This document shows, in pieces, positions 16,901-23,452 of a DNA stretch of 32,000 bases. Source of the DNA: Xylanibacter ruminicola 23. Its GTDB lineage: Bacteria > Bacteroidota > Bacteroidia > Bacteroidales > Bacteroidaceae. The notes beneath the pieces were generated by a model that worked only from the letters and a program-made list of their open reading frames with translations, was not told the origin of the DNA and ran no database searches. Numbering within the stretch: the stretch's first letter is position 1; every line of letters begins with the position of its first letter. The stretch spans positions 390,001 to 422,000 of the forward strand of contig NC_014033.1 in the NCBI RefSeq assembly GCF_000025925.1, in the 5' to 3' direction. Made by a program: the position numbers and the translations under genes.

Positions 16901-17314
16901 ATTGTCATAGCGACACCAGTAGTGCCCCATCTCGTCAAAGAGTCTTTTTTTGAATTCCTTCAGTTCGGGTGTTTCTTCTTCTCCTGGTTTCAAATCTTTG
17001 CAATATGTATATACCTTTGGAGATGATTTTTCTTTGAATTCATCTGAAGCTATATTGAACTCCTCTACAGTAAACTCTCCTGCTTTCTTGTGGAATAAGG
17101 CTAAGAAGATATCACTCTGTCGTACATAATCGTTGTATTCGTCCTGTTTACGTTTATCATTATAGGCAGAATCATAGTCTTCCCATTCAAACAGTTTTAT
17201 TCGAATGCCACGTTTCTCATACATATTATCCAAACGACGAACCAGATTACCGAACGCCATTCGATCGTAATCCATTTCCTCTGATGATGCCAGGAATATC
17301 TTGATAGTCTTCAT
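13955..17314 (-). CDS. Large sensor-like protein: DUF4062/TIR-like N-domain + coiled coil + 10-11 TPR (42-aa, KLC-type) + ~4-5 Sel1 repeats
   Basis: 1119 aa. N-domain: MKTIKIFLASSEEMDYDRMAFGNLV...VRQSDIFLALFHKKAGEFTVEEFNIA...PKVYTY (beta-alpha Rossmannoid pattern like DUF4062). Residues about 170-400 are coiled coil. Then ten near-identical HPDTAxSYNNIGxVYxxLGNYDKALEYHKKALDIREKVLGKE units. Then Sel1 units (GDARAQYNLGLIYEYGKGIEPNLDKAIELYRMAAEQ and similar). Confidence 0.7.
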   Translation of the reverse strand: MKTIKIFLASSEEMDYDRMAFGNLVRRLDNMYEKRGIRIKLFEWEDYDSAYNDKRKQDEYNDYVRQSDIFLALFHKKAGEFTVEEFNIASDEFKEKSSPKVYTYCKDLKPGEEETPELKEFKKRLFDEMGHYWCRYDNRESLQFQFVMQLQLVESSQMDNVKVEDGVVTINGLPFAKMENLKFAAANEDFLRMQTDIHELRKEIEEMQIELEKKQRRLDTKKAKLEETPDDEDCQEDYNYIKKDVEKLIDNLQPKLNKYNKLKEDFAQHQELLFNTAKRVAKLQGEEINDRIRRAMDALNEGLVREANTILNEAEEDAKCLLNEYKQSKEITEQKRQNLIISIKELSLKATSIMADASILIDERIKQAEEIYKLADAIAQEINYDQDKYIDFFWEYSGFLRDHAIFDNAIEIHNRQIKMCEDFHGKVHPDTARSYNNIGIVNDCLGNYDKALKYFEQALNIREKILGKEHPDTVRTYSNIGIVYYDFGNYDKALEYHKHALDIREKVLGKEHLDTADSYNNIGLVYFDFGNYDKALEFHKKALDIREKVLGKDHLDTTGSYNNIGIGYYHLGNYDKALEYHKHALEICEKVLGKEHPNTAMAYTNIGLVYLELGDYNKALEYQKQALNILEKVLGKEHLGTARLYSNIGNVYSEIGNYDKALEFHKKALYIREKILGKEHSDTAGSYNNIGNVYKDIGNYDHALEFHKKALDIREKVWDKEHPDTASSYNNIGNTYNDLGNYDKALECHKHALDICEKVLGKEHPNTAMAYNNIGNVYNNLGNYDKALEYYKQALEIRKKVHGKDHPDTASSYYNIGVLYKDIGNYDHALEYYMIALEIREKVLGAEHPDTVRTYRKLGHLYLNIGDNNLASQWLEKAATLGDTNAQFYIGHMYEIGKGVEKNYVVAAEWYSKAAEQGDARAQYNLGLIYEYGKGIEPNLDKAIELYRMAAEQSHVLAQNQLGVKYRLGQGVEQNGEKAFDLIYKAAEGGYSVAQNNLGWMYANGCGTEQNYEKAIEWYKKSAENGYKKAYNGIAWTLHLSGRYEEALPWAEKAVAAFPETPYIIDTLASVYQDLGRYDEALEEFELCLKLKHEQNESDDSIHQTEEKIATLKELMKNG
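14774..16033 (-). repeat. Coding tandem array of 126-bp TPR units with a 504-bp (4-unit) higher-order repeat
   Basis: Ten consecutive 42-codon units. gccatagctgtattaggatg(t/c)tccttgccaaggactttctcgcagat(g/t)tctaaagcatgcttatga occurs at 15006 and again at 15510, exactly 504 nt apart. Spurious repeat-derived ORFs appear in other frames of the track (for example 15055-15426 and 15109-15516). Confidence 0.85.
17043..17314 (-). repeat. Near-identical 272-bp segment shared with 19547-19818 (5' ends of the two TPR genes)
   Basis: Hand comparison finds 4 mismatches in 272 nt, all synonymous. The offset is exactly 2504 nt. Identity falls sharply 3' of this block. Confidence 0.9.
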
Positions 17315-17319
17315 TTCCT

Positions 17320-19818
17320 TTAGTGCAATTTGGTTTGTATTTCTTTCAGTCTATTTTGACTATCAACTGCTTCTGGATGATCTTCTGGTAGCAAATCGAT
17401 AGCCTCTTTGAATTTATTGCGGGCCATTTCCAAATTTCCCATCAAAGCATAGACGCGTCCTAACCTATTGAGATAGCTGGCTTTTGCAGTCGTGTCTTCT
17501 ATCTTTACTGCAATTTCGTAAGCTTTACTTATATACTCAATGGCTTTCTCGTATAACGTCAAGTCCCTATATTGTGCTCCAACATTGTTATATGCAATAG
17601 CGGTTTTAATTGAATTGTTACCCGAATTGCGAAGATGATAATCTATTTCTTTTTGGCGATATATTAAGGCATTATGATAATCTTCAATTTCACGATAAAT
17701 GGTTCCTATAAGATTATAAGATTTGAGAACATCAGGATGATCCTTTCCTAAAACCTTCTCTTGTATATCCAGGGCCTTCTTATAATGCTCAAGTGCTTTA
17801 TGATAATCACCTTGACTGTCATAAATGCCACCGATACAGTAATTTGTCTTGGCAGTTTCAAGGTGTTCCTTTCCCAATGTCCTTTCTTGGATTTCAAGAG
17901 CCTTAAGGTAATAATGTAAAGCTTTCTGATGGTCACCCATTAAGTCATATGGTACCCCAATATTGTGATAGGATTGAGCTGTATGGGGATGATCTTTTCC
18001 CAATACCTTTTCCCTGATTTTTAAAGCCAAAAGATGATTGTCAAGCCCCTTTTGGTATTCACCAATATCATCATATAGGCACCCAATGTTATTATAAACT
18101 TTTGCCGTTTCTGGATGATTGATTCCTAAGGCCTCTTTATCAACGTTTATCGCTTTGTTATAGTAATCTAGTGCCTTCTGATAATCACCCATGTCATGAT
18201 ATACAATACCGATATTGTTATACAACTTTGCCGTCTCAGGATGATTAATGCCTAAGATCTTTTCATCAACAACCAATGCCTTTAGATGGTATTCCAATGC
18301 TTTTGAGTACTCACCCATATCCTCTAAAAGACACCCAATATTATTGTATGCTGTTGAAGTATAATCATTTTCGGCACCAAGTATTCTTTCATAAATATCA
18401 AGCGCTTTCCTGAAATACTCCATAGCTTTGGGGTAGTCAACCATTTGGTTGTATATTAAACCAATATTGTTGTAGGATGTTGCTGTTTGAAGATCAGCCT
18501 TCCCCAGTACTTCTTCACGTATTTCTTGAGCCCTGAAATGATATTTTAATGCATCTGTGTATTTACCCATGTCATCATAAAGACAGCCAACATTATTGTA
18601 AGCTATTGCTGTGTCGGAGTGAATCTCTCCATATATTTCTTCTGACAACACAATCAGTCGTTTATAGATATCTTCGGCTTGTGAATATCGGGCATATTTC
18701 TTTAGAAAATCTCCATAATCGAGAAGGATCTGGGCGAATTTGTTTTTGTCGTACTCAGCAACTTTTGACATTTCATCAGCTTGAGCATATAGGTTCTCTG
18801 TGCTTTCGATACGTTCCTCAATAGGTATGCTTGCATCTGCCATTATGGTGGAGGTCTTCAATAATAACTCTTCGATGGAGTTGATAACTGCTTGGCGTTT
18901 CAAATCAGTAATCTCTTTACTCTGTTTATAATCCTCTAGATTCCTGCGAGCATCTGCTTCTGCTTCATCTAAAATGATATTTGCCTCTCGAACTTTTCCA
19001 TCGTTGAAAGCATCCATAGCTCTTCGCATGCGCTCGGTTATACGTTCGCCCTGTAATTGGGCAATACGTTTGGCCGTATCGAATAGGATTTGTTGGTACT
19101 CATTAAAATCTTTTTTCAACTGGTTGTAACGGTTGAGTTTCGTTTGTAAGTCATCCTGAAGATCTTCATCATCAGGGAATTTCTCGAGACGCAGACGGGC
19201 TTTTTCTATTTTTGGGGGCAAAGATGCCAGTTCCTCATTCATCTTTATGAATTCCTCATTGCGTGATGCAAATTTTAGTTTACCCATTGATGCAATTGGA
19301 AGACCATTGATGGTTACATTCCCGTCTTCAACTTTCATATCCGTCATTTGGTTGCTTTCAACCAATTGCAGTTGCATGACGAACTGGAACTGGAGACTCT
19401 CGCGATTATCATAGCGGCACCAAAAGTGCCCCATCTCATCAAAGAGCTGTTTCTTAAAATCTTTTAGTTCTGGTGTTTCTTCTTCGCCTGTTTTCAAATC
19501 TTTGCAATAGGTATATACCTTTGGAGATGCTTTTTCTTTGAATTCTTCTGAAGCTATATTGAACTCCTCTACAGTAAACTCTCCTGCTTTCTTGTGGAAT
19601 AAGGCTAAGAAGATATCACTCTGTCGTACATAATCGTTGTATTCGTCCTGTTTACGTTTATCATTATAGGCAGAATCATAGTCTTCCCATTCAAACAGTT
19701 TTATTCGAATACCACGTTTCTCATACATATTATCCAAACGACGAACCAGATTACCAAATGCCATTCGATCGTAATCCATTTCCTCTGATGATGCCAGAAA
19801 TATCTTGATAGTCTTCAT
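17320..19818 (-). CDS. Sensor-like protein: DUF4062/TIR-like N-domain + coiled coil + ~9-10 TPR
   Basis: 832 aa. The first 90 residues are identical to ORF 13955-17314 and similarity continues to about residue 165. Then coiled coil and divergent 42-aa TPR units (...TAIAYNNVGCLYDDMGKYTDALKYHFRAQEIREEVLGK...). Confidence 0.7.
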   Translation of the reverse strand: MKTIKIFLASSEEMDYDRMAFGNLVRRLDNMYEKRGIRIKLFEWEDYDSAYNDKRKQDEYNDYVRQSDIFLALFHKKAGEFTVEEFNIASEEFKEKASPKVYTYCKDLKTGEEETPELKDFKKQLFDEMGHFWCRYDNRESLQFQFVMQLQLVESNQMTDMKVEDGNVTINGLPIASMGKLKFASRNEEFIKMNEELASLPPKIEKARLRLEKFPDDEDLQDDLQTKLNRYNQLKKDFNEYQQILFDTAKRIAQLQGERITERMRRAMDAFNDGKVREANIILDEAEADARRNLEDYKQSKEITDLKRQAVINSIEELLLKTSTIMADASIPIEERIESTENLYAQADEMSKVAEYDKNKFAQILLDYGDFLKKYARYSQAEDIYKRLIVLSEEIYGEIHSDTAIAYNNVGCLYDDMGKYTDALKYHFRAQEIREEVLGKADLQTATSYNNIGLIYNQMVDYPKAMEYFRKALDIYERILGAENDYTSTAYNNIGCLLEDMGEYSKALEYHLKALVVDEKILGINHPETAKLYNNIGIVYHDMGDYQKALDYYNKAINVDKEALGINHPETAKVYNNIGCLYDDIGEYQKGLDNHLLALKIREKVLGKDHPHTAQSYHNIGVPYDLMGDHQKALHYYLKALEIQERTLGKEHLETAKTNYCIGGIYDSQGDYHKALEHYKKALDIQEKVLGKDHPDVLKSYNLIGTIYREIEDYHNALIYRQKEIDYHLRNSGNNSIKTAIAYNNVGAQYRDLTLYEKAIEYISKAYEIAVKIEDTTAKASYLNRLGRVYALMGNLEMARNKFKEAIDLLPEDHPEAVDSQNRLKEIQTKLH
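19547..19818 (-). repeat. Near-identical 272-bp segment shared with 17043-17314
   Basis: See 17043-17314. Confidence 0.9.
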
Positions 19819-19839
19819 AAATGCGAATGTTTTAACGAT

Positions 19840-21165
19840 TTATATTCCGAATTTGCCGTAGCGGCCACCTACATCTTTGTGGTGGTACCAGCTTTTGCGA
19901 TTGAGCCAGGTGAATCCATTGTTCTTTGTGATTACGGCCAGGTCTATGGGGCCACCAACACTTTCTTGTGAGAAGGTCATGTGGCGCTCAAAGCTGGTCA
20001 TGGCGATAAGATTCTCTGCCAAGTTTGCCATGTCCTGAACACTATAGTTGTTGAGTGCCTTCAGCCATTGACGACGTTCTTCTACTAGAATCCGTTTTCC
20101 ATATTGCTTGAACTTGCGAGTCAGATCGTTTAATTTCACCTTGTTGAGTATAGCGTCAATCTCTTCGGATTCTTCCACCGACATACAATCAATGGATAGC
20201 TGTTTTTTTATCTCGTTAAACATATTCTCAGAAATACTACAAACATTTCTGAAGAAATGTGGTTCAACTCCTGTAAGCAGAGCATCCATAATATCTGTCT
20301 GAGCATACGGACAGATTGCAACGGGATTGGCATCGGATATGGCATGTATGTCTTCTGGATCAATATAGTAGCAGATGCGATTGTCAAATCCATGGCTGAC
20401 CATTACCCTAATCATTACTGGATATTCCTCGTCACTGCCGTATCCAGAAAATATAAGGTTGGTTTTGCCATACTCATATCCATATGTCATATATGAGAAA
20501 AAGCCTTCTATAAATAATTCTTTGATTTCAGACAATATGTCTTTTGGATATTCGTTTGAAAACGTGTCGTCTTCCTCAAACAAAGGTGAGTCTAAAACGG
20601 CAGTCTTCCTTGCAAAAAGATTATCAACCATAGAGTCGAGATACTCTTTAAATTGGTTGATGGTGTAATCTTTATACATGGGTAGTGGCGTAAACTCATG
20701 GAAGAATTTGATTCCGGATTCAATGCGCTTGTGAAACGCATCAACAATCTGTTTTTTGTTTGTAACTACTCTCTCCTCGTTTATGTTTATATCTGGTACT
20801 TGACACACTGCATCATCCCAGAATGAATGAAGCATGTTTCTTAGATAATTCCGTTGTATTTCCTCTGGAAAGAATATCTTCTCTGTTAACATATACGAGA
20901 AGAAATCATCGATACAGGCTTGGACGGTCGGGAATTGTATGTTGCCACGTTTCTGCCGATAACGGCGTATAATAACATCCCATGGAGTACAAAGAAAGGA
21001 TGCCGAGCCAACTATCATGACGCTAACGGGGCAGGCGTCAGACATTCTCAACATTTTGTTGGCTGAATTCTCAACCTTTTCGTTACCGTCTCGTGTCATC
21101 GTGACGGCACTATCTGCCGCAATTGCAATACCGCGCTTATTTAAAATGCCTACTACTGCTGTCAT
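19840..21165 (-). CDS. Proteasome beta/HslV-like Ntn (Thr1) hydrolase, predicted active subunit (pair 2)
   Basis: The start is preferred at the ATG 21163-21165, giving MTAVVGILNKRGIAIAADSAVTMTRDGNEKVENSANKMLRM (Thr1, Asp17, conserved Lys), as in ORF 8853-9815. The track start at 21195 would add a 10-aa hydrophobic leader (MFIWIIILTI) and overlap the upstream gene by 19 nt. Also contains FSGYGSDEEYP and the C-terminus ESVGGPIDLAVITKNNGFTWLNRKSWY...GKFGI. Confidence 0.6.
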   Translation of the reverse strand: MTAVVGILNKRGIAIAADSAVTMTRDGNEKVENSANKMLRMSDACPVSVMIVGSASFLCTPWDVIIRRYRQKRGNIQFPTVQACIDDFFSYMLTEKIFFPEEIQRNYLRNMLHSFWDDAVCQVPDININEERVVTNKKQIVDAFHKRIESGIKFFHEFTPLPMYKDYTINQFKEYLDSMVDNLFARKTAVLDSPLFEEDDTFSNEYPKDILSEIKELFIEGFFSYMTYGYEYGKTNLIFSGYGSDEEYPVMIRVMVSHGFDNRICYYIDPEDIHAISDANPVAICPYAQTDIMDALLTGVEPHFFRNVCSISENMFNEIKKQLSIDCMSVEESEEIDAILNKVKLNDLTRKFKQYGKRILVEERRQWLKALNNYSVQDMANLAENLIAMTSFERHMTFSQESVGGPIDLAVITKNNGFTWLNRKSWYHHKDVGGRYGKFGI

Positions 21166-21176
21166 AATTGTCAAAA

Positions 21177-22025
21177 TTATAATCCAAATAAACAATGCTT
21201 GATATAAACCACTCCCTCTGTACGGGTAATTACTGCCAGTTCTCTGGCGTGCGGAAGTTCCCCCTTGCCGCCGGCTTTTAGGTGGTCTAACTGCACTTTT
21301 GCATCAACAAAATCCTCAACAACTTTTACCAGGTCCTCAATATTAAATGAGTCTATCGCCGTGTTGATTCGGTCTAATTGTTTATATGTCTGCTTAAAAG
21401 TGTGTTTTTTAAATTCTTCTTCAGTATCGTATTCGCATAGCCTGTTCCGAACACTCTCTTCAAACTTGGTCTCTTTTACAGCTTCCAAAATTCTATTCTT
21501 AAAGACTTCGATAAGCTCAACTTGCTTATCTATTAGTTTAAGGTGTGCTGCATGAGAGATTCCGTACATGATTGGCTGAGTTTTCTCAAAATGACTTAGT
21601 GTGAAGAAATCAGTCTCATTATCATGATCTATACCTCGCTCTATGTTGAAGTCGCATACCAGTTTGTCTGTTTCCTCGTCAATGTGCACCATAATATCTA
21701 CGGCCGAAGGGAATACGTCATCAGTGCCAAAACCTAAGAATATAATATTTCTGTCATCTTCTGTCATTTTCTTCCAGGCAGGATCGACCTCTACAGAACA
21801 AAGATAATTGCAGAAATCACGGGCATAATCGCCGAATACTTCATGCTTGGCTATTTCGCCCTTTTTTAGATAGGTGTTGATGATGGCATCCCAGGGGATG
21901 GGTGAATACGAATTCACGGCAAGAGCTACTGGTTCCTGCCGTGAAAGTGTATATAAGGTCATGTCGGTGTCCGAGGCACAGGCAATTCCTTCTTTGTTTA
22001 GAAATGCTACGAATGATGTGTTCAT
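21177..22025 (-). CDS. Proteasome-like Ntn-fold paralog, probably non-catalytic partner (pair 2)
   Basis: MNTSFVAFLNKEGIACASDTD aligns with TAVVGILNKRGIAIAADSA. Thr3 and the Asp17 equivalent are kept, but the conserved Lys position appears to be lost. Also contains IIFLGFGTDDVFP and the C-terminus RELAVITRTEGVVYIKH, which matches the pair 1 partner. Confidence 0.5.
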   Translation of the reverse strand: MNTSFVAFLNKEGIACASDTDMTLYTLSRQEPVALAVNSYSPIPWDAIINTYLKKGEIAKHEVFGDYARDFCNYLCSVEVDPAWKKMTEDDRNIIFLGFGTDDVFPSAVDIMVHIDEETDKLVCDFNIERGIDHDNETDFFTLSHFEKTQPIMYGISHAAHLKLIDKQVELIEVFKNRILEAVKETKFEESVRNRLCEYDTEEEFKKHTFKQTYKQLDRINTAIDSFNIEDLVKVVEDFVDAKVQLDHLKAGGKGELPHARELAVITRTEGVVYIKHCLFGL

Positions 22026-22327
22026 GTTAACTTTGATTTCTTGATTTCAAATCCTTGGGATACAATAAACTTCAGGGTGGCGAAGGCCGTATTTCGATCG
22101 TAGGCTTTCTCCTCCTCTGATAGTTCTTCATAGGGAACCAGACATGGAGTCTGTCGTTTCTCGTCGTCACGTACGGGGCCGTATGTCCAGCCTTCGTTCA
22201 TGCGGTTCAGGGCCCATACCTCATGTACATTCTTTGAGATGGCCTCTGCAAGTACTGTTAGTTCTTCTGGCAGTTTCACGTTAGTAGTGTCAACTGGAGC
22301 AGGCTTGTAATCATAGTTTTTAGTCAT
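22022..22327 (-). CDS. Stand-alone RyR domain protein (101 aa)
   Basis: AISKNVHEVWALNRMNEGWTYGPVRDDEKRQTPCLVPYEELSEEEKAYDRNTAFATLKFIVSQGFEI matches the RyR-domain consensus and the C-terminus of ORF 11548-12564. An ATGA overlap couples it to the next gene. Confidence 0.7.
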   Translation of the reverse strand: MTKNYDYKPAPVDTTNVKLPEELTVLAEAISKNVHEVWALNRMNEGWTYGPVRDDEKRQTPCLVPYEELSEEEKAYDRNTAFATLKFIVSQGFEIKKSKLT

Positions 22328-22344
22328 AATACAATATCATTTGG

Positions 22345-22352
22345 CAAAATTA
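22345..22352 (-). promoter_or_regulatory. Canonical -7 box (TAATTTTG on minus strand) for the RyR-Ntn-TPR operon
   Basis: The complement of caaaatta matches TAnnTTTG, about 18 nt upstream of the ATG at 22327. Confidence 0.45.
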
Positions 22353-22434
22353 AACATTTGTGCTGAAATATACAAGCAAAATTGCATTTATTTGTTTTTC
22401 TTATATCTATAAGTTCGATAAAAAGCAATGGTTC

Positions 22435-22500
22435 CTTCCTGTACATGTGAATAATTGAATAGTTGAATATTTTTTATCAAATCCTTGGAAGTTTGATGAG
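22435..22500 (+). repeat. Repeat family A copy 3 (core plus hairpin-like tail)
   Basis: cttcctgtacatgtgaataattgaatagttgaatat, then atcaaatccttggaagtttgat. Both the core and the tail are homologous to copy 4. Confidence 0.8.
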
Positions 22501-22507
22501 AAACACC

Positions 22508-22515
22508 TATCTTTG
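22508..22515 (+). promoter_or_regulatory. Canonical -7 box (TATCTTTG) for the Nudix gene
   Basis: Matches TAnnTTTG, 47 nt upstream of the ATG at 22562. Confidence 0.45.
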
Positions 22516-22561
22516 CGGCACAAATGATAAATAGCATTTCAATAACTATAATGTAAAGCAA

Positions 22562-22981
22562 ATGAGCTACACCTATAAATATCCACGTCCGGCAGTTACT
22601 GCCGACATGATTGTTCTGGCAGATAAGTCGGAACCTAAAATACTATTGATTCAACGTAGAGATGAACCCTTCAAAGGCTGTTGGGCATTTCCTGGCGGTT
22701 TTATGGATATGGATGAGACTACTGAACAATGCGCTATTCGCGAACTCAAGGAGGAAACAGGCCTTGAGGTAGGGGAGGTAAAACAAGTAGGCGCCTATTC
22801 ATCAGTCGACCGCGATCCACGTGGTCGCACCATCACTGTGGCTTACGTTGCTCACATACCTCAGGCACTTCCTGTTATGGGGCTCGACGATGCTGCCGAA
22901 GCCAAGTGGTGGCCTATTGATGCACTTCCACCACTGGCCTTCGATCATGCACAGATACTGCAAGATGCTTTAAAGGGATAA
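22562..22981 (+). CDS. NUDIX hydrolase (ADP-ribose pyrophosphatase-like size class)
   Basis: Perfect Nudix box GX5EX7REUXEEXGU: GFMDMDETTEQCAIRELKEETGL. 139 aa. Confidence 0.85.
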   Translation: MSYTYKYPRPAVTADMIVLADKSEPKILLIQRRDEPFKGCWAFPGGFMDMDETTEQCAIRELKEETGLEVGEVKQVGAYSSVDRDPRGRTITVAYVAHIPQALPVMGLDDAAEAKWWPIDALPPLAFDHAQILQDALKG

Positions 22982-23452
22982 TCATTTTTTTATCTTTATG
23001 TGCTCTTTGCTGATAACGCCATCGCGTACCAGTTCGATGATGTCATTTTCGGTCAGGCATCCATGGCAGAACAAGTGGAGGGCAGCTACCCCCCAGTCTA
23101 TAAATGGAGATGCATCGCTGTCATCTGTTTTTAGAGGTGCGCCGAGCGCTGCGTCATCAATGTATATGTTACCATATACTTTTGGTGATGAAGTCCAATC
23201 CTTCTGGCTGGGATTCTCATTCACACCATATAGTGGAATGTCACGTTCCTTAAACCAATCGAGTGCGGGCTGGAGTGTGTCTACGCCTTCAGAATCATGA
23301 CTTCTCATGGTGCTCAACAGTAGTTTATGCCCATTGTTTACCAATTTCCTTAATACTGGTACTGATCCTATATCTTCTCCGACGGCAGGGTAGCGATGCT
23401 TCACTACCGTACCGTCGAAGTCGAGTACTATGTAATAACTGTATTGAATCAT
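22982..23452 (-). CDS. Small HAD-superfamily phosphatase-like protein
   Basis: Motif I DxDxT (VLDFDGTV) and a distal acidic motif (IYIDDAA). 156 aa. It directly abuts the kinase gene stop codon (0-nt gap) and the convergent Nudix stop codon (0-nt gap). Confidence 0.65.
   Translation of the reverse strand: MIQYSYYIVLDFDGTVVKHRYPAVGEDIGSVPVLRKLVNNGHKLLLSTMRSHDSEGVDTLQPALDWFKERDIPLYGVNENPSQKDWTSSPKVYGNIYIDDAALGAPLKTDDSDASPFIDWGVAALHLFCHGCLTENDIIELVRDGVISKEHIKIKK

Noticed and set aside
21166-21195. Upstream start (21195) giving a 10-aa hydrophobic leader MFIWIIILTI on the pair 2 Ntn protein
   Set aside because: It would overlap the upstream gene by 19 nt, and the paralog (8853-9815) begins directly with MTAIVG. 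A start at 21165 is preferred. A cleavable propeptide cannot be excluded and is mentioned in the findings.
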